This document shows, one piece after another, positions 41,320 to 52,495 of a stretch of DNA of 64,000 nucleotides. Below the pieces are notes generated by a model. That model saw nothing but the letters and a program-made list of their open reading frames with translations. It was not told the DNA's origin and did not search any database. Each line of letters starts with the position of its first letter. Within the stretch, counting starts at the first letter, position 1. The stretch is from an uncultured cyanobacterium. GTDB taxonomy: Bacteria; Cyanobacteriota; Cyanobacteriia; Cyanobacteriales; CAWUOF01. The position numbers were made by a program, and so were the translations under genes. The stretch is taken from contig CAVUSO010000001.1 of the NCBI GenBank assembly GCA_963744145.1, positions 5,600,001 through 5,664,000 on the forward strand, read 5' to 3'.

Positions 41320-43806
41320 GTGGAAGATCGGGCGATCAAAAACCAGATGCGTCATCCTAATTCAGCGTCAATTAGCGTAAAAGGTAAATTTTTGTATCAA
41401 GGAGAAGAAAAATTTTTCCTCAAAGGGATTAGTTATGGTTCCTTTGCTCCTAATGGTCGGGGAGAATATTTTCCCGAACCATCCATGGTTGTTCAAGATT
41501 TGGTCTTGCTCCAAAAACTAGGGGCAAATTGTTTACGAGTTTATACCGTCCCACCCTTATGGTTATTAGATTTGCTGTGGGAATATGGTCTGAGGGTGTT
41601 GATTGGGATTCCTTGGGCTGAAAATATCTGTTTTCTTGACTCTCCGGTTCTGAAACAGCAAATTTGCACTACCATTGCTAATGCAGTAAAGAAAAGCTCT
41701 GGTCATCCAGCGGTATGTGGTTATCTAGTCGGAAATGAAATTTCCCCAGATATTATCCGTTGGTATGGTTCCAAACGAGTTGGTCAGTTTCTGGGTCAAT
41801 TAGTTAAGATCGTTAAATCTATTGCTCCCCGAACGTTAGTCAGTTATGCTAATTTCCCCTCAACTGAATATTTACAAGTAGATTTTATTGATTTTTTGGC
41901 TTTTAATGTTTATTTACAAACACCTGTTGCTTACCACGATTATTTATCCCGGTTGTTAAATCTTGCTCAAGATCAACCTCTGGTGTTAACTGAGTTAGGA
42001 TTAGATTCCCTCAGACATGGAAATGAGTCTCAAGCACAATTACTCCGTACCCAATTACAAGATAGTTGGGAAATGGGTGTGGCTGGTACGGTAGTATTTA
42101 GTTGGACTGATGAATGGTTTAAAGATGGATTACCGATCGCTGATTGGCACTTTGGCTTAGTTGATCGCGATCGCCATCAAAAATTAGCTTTTGCAACTGT
42201 TCAAGATTATTATCAAGGTACTTTACCCCCTCCTCTGCTTGATTATCCCTTAGTTTCTGTGATTATTTGTGCTTATAATGCTGAAGCAACGATTAAAGAT
42301 TGTTTGCGATCTTTAACCAAATTAAATTATCCTAATTATGAAATAATTGTGGTTAATGATGGTAGTCGCGATCGCACTGGGGAAATTGCCAAAGAATTTA
42401 ATAATATTATTTTAATTAACCAAAAAAATCAAGGATTAGCTACAGCTCGAAATGTGGGAATCGCGATCGCAAAAGGTGAAATTATCGCTTTTACTGATTC
42501 TGATTGTATGGTTGACCCCGATTGGTTAACTTATTTAATTGCTAAGTTTATTAATACTGGTTTAGTTGCAATTGGTGGAGTAAATCTACCACCTCTAAAT
42601 GATCAGATTAATTCTATACCTGCTTGTGTCGCAGTATCTCCGGGTAGACCAACCCATGTATTATTAAATGATCAAATTGCGGAACATATTCCTGGTTGTA
42701 ATATGGCATTTCGTCGGGAAGCATTACAAGCAATTGGTGGTTTTGATCCTCAATTTCATGCAGCTGGAGATGATGTTGATATTTGTTGGAGGTTACAAGA
42801 TCAGGGTGAACAAATTGGTTTTGCTCCTGGTGCGTTAGTATGGCATTTTTGTCGAAATACGGTCGGTGCTTATTTAAAACAGCAACGTGGTTATGGTAAA
42901 GCTGAAGCTTTTTTGTTTTTTAAACATCCCCAGCGTTTTAATAGTTTTGGACAAATTAGTTGGTTAGGTAAAATTTATAGTCATACTCCTGTAAAACTTT
43001 CCCTAGGGAAACCTCTGATCTATTTTGGTACTTTTGCGCGGATTTATGAAAATTCTGCCATCGGTTTTTCCTATTTATTATTTTCCTTAGAATGGAATTT
43101 CATTGGAAACGTTTGGTTGGTTTATATGTTGCTACTTGGTCGTGAGCAATGGATCGGATTATTACCATTATTACTTACGTTTGGATGCTGTTTAATTACA
43201 GCAATTAGCGATCCGCGTCGTTTATTGATAGTAGCTGGTTTGAGTTATTTAGGGATTCTTTGTCGTAGTTTTGAACGCGATCGCTGGTTAATTAACCAAC
43301 TTTATGCTGCGAAAACTATACCAGTACCGTGGTTATTTTGGCTGAGAGGAAGTGGCAAAATTAACCGGAAAATGGCTTTTTGGACGAAATCAGGATTAGA
43401 AAAAGAAAAATTTATTAACATCTTACGCACCGAAATGTACCAGCGTCAATATATTCTAGTTGGGGAACATAATTGGGATGATTGGGATCTAGAAATTTAT
43501 TGGGGAATTTGGTCTCAAATGCAAATTCAGGTCTGTATGGAAAATCACGGAGAATCTCAGAGACTGTTTCGAGTCCGGATCAATTTGAAAATACCACAAT
43601 TAACCGCGATCGCGCTTTCTGGAGCTATGGGTTTGGCGATCGCTAGTATGATTTTAGGTAATTTTTATCTAGGAATGGCAATAATATTTATATTGGGAGT
43701 AACTTTAACTTATATCCTGTTGACCCATAGATATTTGAGAATGATGATAGTACAAATATGTCAAGGAGTTGCCGAAAAATTAGAATTAACTACATTGAGT
43801 TACTAA
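41320..43806 (+). CDS. Clan GH-A (GH2-like) TIM barrel fused to a GT2 glycosyltransferase with C-terminal TM helices
   Basis: GH acid/base VGNEI and nucleophile LTELG; GT2 motifs VSVIICAYN, VNDGS, FTDSD, GDDVD and QQRGYG. Confidence 0.85.
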   Translation: MEDRAIKNQMRHPNSASISVKGKFLYQGEEKFFLKGISYGSFAPNGRGEYFPEPSMVVQDLVLLQKLGANCLRVYTVPPLWLLDLLWEYGLRVLIGIPWAENICFLDSPVLKQQICTTIANAVKKSSGHPAVCGYLVGNEISPDIIRWYGSKRVGQFLGQLVKIVKSIAPRTLVSYANFPSTEYLQVDFIDFLAFNVYLQTPVAYHDYLSRLLNLAQDQPLVLTELGLDSLRHGNESQAQLLRTQLQDSWEMGVAGTVVFSWTDEWFKDGLPIADWHFGLVDRDRHQKLAFATVQDYYQGTLPPPLLDYPLVSVIICAYNAEATIKDCLRSLTKLNYPNYEIIVVNDGSRDRTGEIAKEFNNIILINQKNQGLATARNVGIAIAKGEIIAFTDSDCMVDPDWLTYLIAKFINTGLVAIGGVNLPPLNDQINSIPACVAVSPGRPTHVLLNDQIAEHIPGCNMAFRREALQAIGGFDPQFHAAGDDVDICWRLQDQGEQIGFAPGALVWHFCRNTVGAYLKQQRGYGKAEAFLFFKHPQRFNSFGQISWLGKIYSHTPVKLSLGKPLIYFGTFARIYENSAIGFSYLLFSLEWNFIGNVWLVYMLLLGREQWIGLLPLLLTFGCCLITAISDPRRLLIVAGLSYLGILCRSFERDRWLINQLYAAKTIPVPWLFWLRGSGKINRKMAFWTKSGLEKEKFINILRTEMYQRQYILVGEHNWDDWDLEIYWGIWSQMQIQVCMENHGESQRLFRVRINLKIPQLTAIALSGAMGLAIASMILGNFYLGMAIIFILGVTLTYILLTHRYLRMMIVQICQGVAEKLELTTLSY

Positions 43807-43818
43807 TTTTGCATCAGC

Positions 43819-45564
43819 ATGATTTTATCTTATTTTTGGCGATATCGTGGACAATTTTTTTGGATCTTAGGCAATATTATTTTATTAAATGGGTGCGAAT
43901 TACTTAAACCTTGGCCCATGAAGGTAATTATTGATCATATTTTAGGTGGAAAAGTATTAGATTGGGATTTAGTAAATAATTGGTCAACTCAAAATATCCT
44001 GAGCGGTGCTTGTGTGGGATTAGTGTTAATTAATATTATTTCAGGGTTATTATCACTATTATACAATTATCTGACAATTCGGTTAGGTCAAAAAATGGTA
44101 AATGAATTGCGATCGCAACTCTTTCACCATTTACAACATCTTTCTTTAGCAATGCACAATCATTGGTCAATTGGAGATTTAATTTATCGAGTTACTAGCG
44201 ATACCTATACAATTCAAACCCTCACCATGAATAGTTTTCTCCGGATTTTTTCCTCGATCCTATTAGCGATCGGAGTGGTAATAATCATGGTAAGTTTAGA
44301 TCAACAATTAACCTTATTAGCATTAGGAGTTTGTCCAGTATTATTATTTACTGTTTCCTTACTAAAAGAAAAAATTAGAATTGCGGCTCAATATTCTCGT
44401 CAACAAGAAAGTGCAGTTTATTCATTAGTCCAGTTAAATCTATCAGCAATTCCAGTAATTCAAGCATTTACTAAAGAAACAGAAGAACATCAAAGGTTTA
44501 TTTCTGCTAGTCAGAAAAGCTTAGATGCTAGTTTAAGACTATATATCCTCCAAACAATTTATGGAGGAGCGAGTAGTAGTGCGATCGCATTTTCCACAGC
44601 TATTATTATCTGGATCGGGACAAATCACGTTTTAGCTGGGATACTAACGATCGGACAAATGATTGTATTTATTACCTATCTTAGTTTCTTTTATAGCAGA
44701 ATTAATAATATTACGCAAACTTGGGCAACAATTCAAAGTGCCCAAGTAGGAATCAAGCGAGTTTTAGAAATTTTAGAGTTAAAACCAGAAATTCAAGAAG
44801 GTAGTAAAGTTTTTCCCCTAGTTGGTGCTAAAGGAGAAATAGTTTGGGAAGGAGTTAATTTTTCTTATCATCCTGAGCAAACCGTACTGAAAAAAATTAA
44901 CTTGTGTGTCAAACCAGGGGAAAAAGTCGCGATCGTTGGACCGACAGGAGCTGGGAAATCTACTTTAGTGAGTTTATTAGTTCGCTTTTACGATCCCCAA
45001 TCGGGCAAAATCACTATTGATGGAATTAATCTAAAAGATTTACAAATTAAATCTTTGCGACAACAGATTGCGATCGTACTACAACCTCCGCTAATTTTTC
45101 CCATTACCATTCGAGAAAATATTGCCTATAGTCGTACTGATGCTAATTTAGATGATATCATTCAGGCGGCAAAGTTAGCTTGTATCCATGAAGCGATCAT
45201 GAAACTACCCCAGGGATATGATACCTTAATCGGAGCCAGAGGTACAACTTTATCAGAAGGAGAAAAACAACGTTTAACGATCGCAAGAGCAATTTTACGC
45301 AATGCACCAATTTTAATTTTAGATGAACCAACTTCTTCAGTAGACGCATTAACCGAAACTTTAATTATGACAGGATTAGAAAAATTAAAGAACCGACCTA
45401 CTACTTTAATTATCGCGCACCGACTTTCCACAGTGCAGAATGCCGATCGAATTATTGTCATGGAAAATGGACAAATCGTCGAAGAAGGAAACTTTAGTAA
45501 ATTAATTGAGAAAAAAGAAGCTTTTTATCAACTTTATCACAGACAATTACAGGAAAAGCAATAA
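43819..45564 (+). CDS. ABC exporter (fused TMD and NBD)
   Basis: TMD followed by GPTGAGKST, LSEGEKQR, LDEPTS and IAHRLST. Confidence 0.92.
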   Translation: MILSYFWRYRGQFFWILGNIILLNGCELLKPWPMKVIIDHILGGKVLDWDLVNNWSTQNILSGACVGLVLINIISGLLSLLYNYLTIRLGQKMVNELRSQLFHHLQHLSLAMHNHWSIGDLIYRVTSDTYTIQTLTMNSFLRIFSSILLAIGVVIIMVSLDQQLTLLALGVCPVLLFTVSLLKEKIRIAAQYSRQQESAVYSLVQLNLSAIPVIQAFTKETEEHQRFISASQKSLDASLRLYILQTIYGGASSSAIAFSTAIIIWIGTNHVLAGILTIGQMIVFITYLSFFYSRINNITQTWATIQSAQVGIKRVLEILELKPEIQEGSKVFPLVGAKGEIVWEGVNFSYHPEQTVLKKINLCVKPGEKVAIVGPTGAGKSTLVSLLVRFYDPQSGKITIDGINLKDLQIKSLRQQIAIVLQPPLIFPITIRENIAYSRTDANLDDIIQAAKLACIHEAIMKLPQGYDTLIGARGTTLSEGEKQRLTIARAILRNAPILILDEPTSSVDALTETLIMTGLEKLKNRPTTLIIAHRLSTVQNADRIIVMENGQIVEEGNFSKLIEKKEAFYQLYHRQLQEKQ

Positions 45565-45604
45565 TAAGTAATTCGACAAAATTAATTACAAAAATAACAT
45601 AATG

Positions 45605-45645
45605 TGTTTAGTAGGGGCGTATTGCAATACGCCCCTACTAAACAA
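45605..45645. repeat. GTAG REP-like palindrome
   Basis: tgtttagtaggggcgtattgcaatacgcccctactaaaca; a related copy lies at ~60144-60171. Confidence 0.75.
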
Positions 45646-45919
45646 TGATATTTCTGCCAGAAATCAATCCCCTTTCGGCTAAATTACTAAAGCGAATTTA
45701 TCATCAAAGCCGACATCATCAAGTATGGTAGAGTTTCTCCTGATTGGGGCGTCCATCTCCTTGGTCACACTCTTTCCGTCCTTTACGACACCCCAATCCG
45801 AACTATTCCCATTTTTAATATTAATGCAGAATTGTTCGAGATTGGGACAGGCATTTTTGAGCGCTGTTATCCTCAAGCCAAATAGATTCAATACGCGCTC
45901 GGATCAAAGCAACAGGTAT

Positions 45920-48460
45920 TTAACTGTTCATCGACAGAATTTTTAGGGAAGTAATATTGGCAAAGTTATAGGCTCCTGCGCTTCCCCCTACTATAGGGTT
46001 TGCCGGCGTATACTTTTCAAAATGGCTAAAATAAGACATATTGAAAGCATATTCATTTTCGCTAATAACAATTTTGTAGGTTTTCTCTGCCTCCAAATCG
46101 ACCCGTACAAAAGAAGAGTCTCTCAAGTTGTCCCAGGACGTAGTATGAGGCAAAATCAAATATCCACTGCCGACAGAAGTTTCCTTGTGGTTAGCTAGTT
46201 CAAAAACTTCAATGTATTTCACCGCACAGGTCACACCCGTATTCAAGGAACCAGCTCCGTTTGCAGCACGAACTTGGATTAGGTAACGACCCGTTGTTGT
46301 TGGCTTAAACTCTTTAAGAACTAAGGTGTCTTCAGGTTTACCCCAATTTTGGTAATGAGGGTATCCATGGTTGTGAGATTCTTTAACTTCCTTATTGCTA
46401 CCAACATACTGCAAAGCTGTAATAGACTCAAAGACTTGCACTCGTTTACTTTCGGCTCCCCAATAACAAACAGGAGATGACTTTTGGGAGTAATTTTTGA
46501 TAGCTAAACTGTCCTTGCAGTAATAACTCTCCAGAGTGTAGCAATAACTTGGGGAAGACTCGCTCGTGTCCGGATCGACCCACGACTTTGTAGAACCTGA
46601 CAATCCTCCTTGTACCAGTTTATTATCACGATAGATATTAAATTTAATATCCTCATGCTTTTCTCCATTTGAGTCAAAGGTTAGTTCAATTTTGTTTGAT
46701 ACCAACTTAACAGATTTAACGATCGGATGTTTGGGGGCAAACAAGTTCTGCCATTCGTTCGTCGCCGAAATCAAATTAATTGTCCCTTCATTGTTGCTGA
46801 GTTGCGATTGAGAAGGGGCTGACAATTCAATTTCAATTTGATTACTACTCTGAAGTTTATTGCTGTCAATGAAGGCTTTTTGATCTGAAACCAGTTCGTC
46901 ATTCAGTTTGATACTGGAAATACTATATACTCCCCCACTTGCAGGGCGAGTATTAGGCAGTTTCACCCTGACAGAGATAGTTTTTCCTTGGTAGGGAAAG
47001 TTATTTAAAGTGAGTAATTGAGTATCACCAAACATTTCTTTACCTAGCTCGCAGGTGATGTAAGGAAGAAAACGAATGCCCTTATCGTTGGTTTCAAGAC
47101 CAAAAATGATATCGTTCACCATCGAGAGATAGCCGGCGATCGACCAAAGTTGAGCCGGAGAATTTACCTCTGGGCCAGATGTTCCGTTTTCTTTAATGTA
47201 AGTTTCTCCCGACACCATCTCAAAATTTTCCATATTTGAGCGATAGCGGATTACACCCTGCATCAGGGATTTAATGCCATGATTGACTGCATTAACATTC
47301 CCAACTTTGTGGGCGGCTTTGACCCAATAGGCGGTGACAAAAGGCCATATAGAACGATTATGATAGATCTTTGTCTTTTGCTGTTGAGGCCAAATCACTG
47401 AAGGGCCACTAGACAAGACGGGATATTTCTCAATGATTTCTTTTGATTGCTGTGGCGTCGCCACCTCTAACAAAATTGCCAGGCTCAATCCGAGTAGGTC
47501 AAATTGATGGGCCGGATTTTGATCTAGGAACGTGGTGATAAATGTGGAGTAAAGTTTAGTGTCTTCTAAATAAAAGCGATCGCGAATCGCCTGTTTAAGC
47601 GCTTGTGACCACTCCAGATACTGTGTAGACAGATCAGATAGCTCTTTCTTTTGGGACAAATCGGACGGTGCGACCTTCTGGGCTAAGTCAGCGGCTAACT
47701 CTAGAATGCTTAGATGGAGCAGGTTTGTGGATAGGCTCTTAGACATACCCACATGAATAACGTCTTCAGCGACCCAAGCCGGGTAGGTTTGCTCCCGCCA
47801 ATCTAGAAAAGACTGTTCCCCGTAGTATAGACCGTCAATTTTATCAAAAACCACCTGGCGATCGTGGTTAATGGTGTTTTTAATGATTTCAAAGGCTTCC
47901 TGCTGGAAGTTTTGCCTTTCTTCTCCCGATAGATAATGTAGGAGTTTTGCCGCTCCCAAAGCCCACACTACTCGATCCGAAGAAATCGGATAGCTCCCTC
48001 CTGTACCTGTGTCTTGAACGATTTGTTTATTGGTTTTTTTTCCCAACTTGGATCTCAAGTCGGAGGTCTTAAACTTCAGGGATTTGAGGGCAGTTTTAGG
48101 CTTTAGCGCGGCAAATGCCAGGTGAACAGCATAAGAAGTATCGCGAGTCCAGACATAATTCCATTTTGCCCCAGCCTGAAAACAACCATCGGGCCGACAG
48201 TCGATTGGTTGATTATTGTTAAAACTTTGATCCTTAATTTCAGAAACAGCGTCCTCTTCCATTTCAATGACGGCAAGAGCATACAGTACATCAAATATTC
48301 TGTTGTTCGTGGTGATGGAGGGTTGCCCGTCCCGTAGGTACAAGACTCTAGGGTTAGGAAGTGGCGCTGTTTGAGGGTGGTTGTTTTGAGGCTGAAAGTT
48401 TGATTCTAAGCTGGCAGTTTCTTTTGCTTGACGGAGAATTTCTTGGAATGAAAGAGTCAT
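45920..48460 (-). CDS. Six-hairpin (alpha/alpha)6 glycosidase-like protein with Fn3-like and CBM-like C-terminal domains
   Basis: YVWTRDTSYA, GEQSFLDWREQTYP, YHNRSIWPFVTAY, SNMENF and QLWSIAGY; FNIYRD and YCYTLES Fn3-like segment. Confidence 0.7.
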   Translation of the reverse strand: MTLSFQEILRQAKETASLESNFQPQNNHPQTAPLPNPRVLYLRDGQPSITTNNRIFDVLYALAVIEMEEDAVSEIKDQSFNNNQPIDCRPDGCFQAGAKWNYVWTRDTSYAVHLAFAALKPKTALKSLKFKTSDLRSKLGKKTNKQIVQDTGTGGSYPISSDRVVWALGAAKLLHYLSGEERQNFQQEAFEIIKNTINHDRQVVFDKIDGLYYGEQSFLDWREQTYPAWVAEDVIHVGMSKSLSTNLLHLSILELAADLAQKVAPSDLSQKKELSDLSTQYLEWSQALKQAIRDRFYLEDTKLYSTFITTFLDQNPAHQFDLLGLSLAILLEVATPQQSKEIIEKYPVLSSGPSVIWPQQQKTKIYHNRSIWPFVTAYWVKAAHKVGNVNAVNHGIKSLMQGVIRYRSNMENFEMVSGETYIKENGTSGPEVNSPAQLWSIAGYLSMVNDIIFGLETNDKGIRFLPYITCELGKEMFGDTQLLTLNNFPYQGKTISVRVKLPNTRPASGGVYSISSIKLNDELVSDQKAFIDSNKLQSSNQIEIELSAPSQSQLSNNEGTINLISATNEWQNLFAPKHPIVKSVKLVSNKIELTFDSNGEKHEDIKFNIYRDNKLVQGGLSGSTKSWVDPDTSESSPSYCYTLESYYCKDSLAIKNYSQKSSPVCYWGAESKRVQVFESITALQYVGSNKEVKESHNHGYPHYQNWGKPEDTLVLKEFKPTTTGRYLIQVRAANGAGSLNTGVTCAVKYIEVFELANHKETSVGSGYLILPHTTSWDNLRDSSFVRVDLEAEKTYKIVISENEYAFNMSYFSHFEKYTPANPIVGGSAGAYNFANITSLKILSMNS

Positions 48461-49386
48461 ACAGTTACCCTGCGGTTATTTGTTTAGATTTGAGGAAACA
48501 TCCTAACTTAAGTGATTATTTAACTGACCGATCGCCCGCGGCCACATGGCCTTGCCGAAAATTTGTGTGATGAGCGATCGCCCCAGCCTACTCTCTAGGA
48601 CTTACGCATTAACCAAAAATATCATTTATGTCTACAAGTCCGTACCAGGATTGGCAATATTCTCCAAAATATCCACTTTATCAATCCAAATTCTTTTAAA
48701 TGAGTGATTAACCATTACGGGGCAAGGCATTGACAGAAAAATAAAGCCAGTCAGATCAGCGATCTTATTTTATCTAGAATCTGAACCAGCTAGCTTGCAC
48801 AAATTCGGGAATACAAATTTAGCATACTAGATACTTAATAGTCAAAGATATTAACAAAAAACTTTAATTATTTACATTAATTAATTATCACATAAAAAAA
48901 ATTTTCATAAAACATCATTGACAGCTTGTCTGATGGTGCTGTAAGGTGCTGTAAAGTCAAAAAAAAAGTAACAGCCAATAGCCAATACTTGTTAAACAAG
49001 TAGTTAACTAAAAGTTTCGGCCACTCCTCGTGTGTTCGTTTATTACTTAGGCTGTGCTTCACACAAAAGTACATTGAAATAGGTCAAATTTTTGACAGCG
49101 TTAGCATCAATACTGAAATTATTTTTATCGTTTGCTGATTTTCCTTAGAGGAGATCCGTTTCCAAGCTGACTTGGTACTGAGAAAAAGAATATCTACTGT
49201 AATACACAGCAATTTTTTCCCTCTAAAAATTCAGATATTCACTTGGGCAAGCGTCTTAAAGATGTAAAGACAAACCGAACCGTATTATGACTGCAAGTAC
49301 AAACACTAAAGTTAATCAGTACGGATAGCCTGTTGAAGAGACGGAAGTTGTCACACTAACAAGAGCGTTACACAAAGGAAAAAGCT

Positions 49387-52303
49387 ATGACATCAATTCA
49401 AGAAACAGCTGAAGGAAAAAGATTAGCAGAGGATCGGGACAAGATAAAATATTGGAAGCGTTGGGGTTCATATTTAAGCGATCGCCAGTGGGGAACGGTC
49501 AGAGAGGACTATAGCTATGATGGTTCAGCTTGGGGCAATTTTTCCCACGACCAAGCTCGTTCCCGTGCTTATCGGTGGGGCGAAGATGGGATTGCTGGAA
49601 TTTGCGATAATCAGCAGAGAGTTTGTTTCGCGATCGGGCTGTGGAATGAGAAAGACTCGATTCTCAAAGAAAGGCTATTTGGTTTAATTAATAGCGAAGG
49701 AAATCACGGAGAAGATGTCAAAGAATATTACTTCTATACTGATAATACACCGACTCATTCCTACATGAGTTGTCTGTATAAATATCCTCAAAAAGCTTTT
49801 CCTTATAGCGATTTAATTAACACAAATGGACATCGAAAATCGACGAATTCATCAGCTCTTGAATACGAGTTGATAGATACAAAAATTTTTGATGATAATC
49901 GCTACTTTGATGTTTCAATAGAGTACGCCAAAAATTCACCAGAAGATATTCTGATCCGAATTTCTGTAACTAATCGGGGTCCAGAATCAGCCAAACTACA
50001 TCTTTTACCAACGATTTGGTTCCGCAATACTTGGGCTTGGGGATATGAAAATCAGAAGAAAGAAGATAAATACTTAAAGACCGTTAGTGCCACATCTAAT
50101 TTAAGTGTAATAGAAGCTTCGTGTAACGACCAGAAGCATTTAGGAAAAAGATGGCTTTATTGCGAAGCGCCCAAAGAGCTGCTCTACACAGAAAACGAAA
50201 CTAATAAACAAAAATTTGGCTGGGGAGATAATTCATCCAAATACGTCAAAGATGGGATCGATAATTATATTGTGTCCGGTCAAAAAAATGCAGTAAATCC
50301 TGATCAAATAGGAACCAAAGCATCAGCTCATTATGACTTAACGGTTGGTCCTGGGGAAACAAAAATTGTTCGACCTCCGCTTGAGTGATCTAGAGAATTT
50401 AGCGGGGCCATTCGATGCTAATTTTGATAATATCTTCACCCAGCGTCAACAGGAAGCCGATACATTTTATCAGGCTGTTTGTCCCCATCCAATTTCACCA
50501 GATATGCGTTCAGTCCAGCGACAAGCTTTTGCTGGTCTGTTGTGGAGCAAGCAATTTTATCACTATGTAGTATACGACTGGCTCAATGGCGATCCCAACC
50601 CACCGAAGCCACCAGAGCAACGTAAAAGAGGTAGAAACCGTGATTGGCAGCATTTATTTAGTGAAGATATTATCTCCATGCCAGATAAATGGGAATATCC
50701 TTGGTTTGCTGCTTGGGATTTAGCTTTTCATACAATTCCTTTTGCACTGATAGATCCGGAATTTGCCAAGAAGCAACTATATATATTCACGCGGGAATGG
50801 TATCTACATCCTAACGGTCAAATGGCAGCTTATGAGTGGAATTTTGGGGATATAAATCCGCCTGTTCACGCTTGGGCTGCATGGCGCGTCTACGAAATAG
50901 AACAAAAGGTGTACGGTATAACCGATACAAATTTCCTCGAAGATGTTTTTCAAAAGTTATCTCTGTACTTTACTTGGTGGATTAACCGGAAGGATTCAGA
51001 AGGAAACAATATCTTTGAAGGAGGATTCTTAGGATTAGACAATATTGGCGCGATCGATCGCAGTAACATTACTATTCAAGGGGCAGTGATCGAGCAGTCT
51101 GATGGTACTAGCTGGATGGCAATGTTCTGCCTGAATATGCTGAAGATAGCCGCAGAACTAGCCCAGGAAGATCAGAAATTGGCTGAAGCTTACGAACAGC
51201 TGCGTCAAAAATATCAGACCGTTGCCCTTGAACAACAAGATCAACAACTGATCGAAACTTATCAAAAACTAGTCAATCAGTCTAACCGAGTCAACTACGA
51301 AGACATGGCATCCAAATATTTTCAGCATTTCCTGTTGATAGCTGATGCTATGAATAAAGTGGGAGGCCAAAATGTCGATATATGGGACTCCAGTGACAAG
51401 TTTTACTACGACATTTTGAAGGCTCCTCCGGGCCAAGTAGTAGGTGCCGATAACACCGGTGCCTTATCAATGAAAGTGCGATCGATGGTAGGGCTAATTC
51501 CACTATTTGCTGTGGAAACAATTGCACAAGATTTGGTAGGATCTTATTTGAATGACGATTTTATAGACCGGATGAATTGGTTTATTAAGAATCGCCCCCA
51601 ACTGACAGCTCACCAAAATATCCAACTCGTTTCTCCCAGCGAAGGTCAAAAGGGAAAAGGATTGTATTTATCCCTAGTGAATAAAGAGCGGCTTCAAGAT
51701 ATCTTGAAAAGACTACTGTCCACCGAGGAATTTTTGGGCGATTACGGGATTCGGGCTTTGTCAAAATTCCACCACCAGCATCCTTACGAATTGAGATTAA
51801 CAAATGGTCAGGTAAGTCGTGTAGAATACGAACCAGGCGAATCAAAGTATCAATTGTTTGGGGGCAATTCTAATTGGCGCGGCCCGATTTGGATGCCGGT
51901 GAATTTTCTGCTGATTGAGTCTCTCCAAAAGTTCTATTATTACTGGGGAGATGAAATAAAAGTTGACTGTCCTAATGCCCAAGGGCAAATAGTAAAGATG
52001 AACTTGTGGGAAGTATCAATAGAGTTAACTCGCCGGCTGATAAGTATCTTCCTGAAAAAACCTGCTCCCAATCCCTTTCAATCCTCCTCCACAAATGAGT
52101 GGCGACCAGTTTATGGTGGCACGGACAAATTTCAAAACGACCCCCATTGGCGCGACTTGATTCTTTTCTATGAGTATTTTCATGGAGATATTGGTGCTGG
52201 AATTGGTGCCAGCCATCAAACTGGCTGGACTGGAGTAATAGCGACATTAATTCAGACCTGGGGAGAATATCCGGCTCAAAATAAGACACCAGATATGGAA
52301 TAG
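49387..52303 (+). pseudogene. GH63/MGH1-like glucosidase, split by one frameshift near 50370
   Basis: WGSYLSDRQWGTVREDYS, SMPDKWEYPWFAAWDLAFH, GGFLGLDN, NWRGPIW and GASHQTGWTG; ORFs 49387-50388 and 50345-52303 overlap out of frame. Confidence 0.85.
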
Positions 52304-52495
52304 TCGTCGATAGTTTGAATCACACAAATTATCCACTTTAGCTGGAGCGTGCGTCTCGCCAGGGACGCCCCTCATCTAACCGCCAGTTTTAACTGGTGGT
52401 GTGTACCGAGTCTAAAACGGGATGCCCTCCATGAAATAGAAGGGAGATGCTCAAGTCATCCCCCTCATCTTACAAGTAACCAAAAGGAGTAACCA

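Noticed and set aside
45679..45946. Overlapping 70-aa and 73-aa ORFs between the ABC exporter and the glycosidase
   Set aside because: No recognisable motifs or RBS; not supportable as genes
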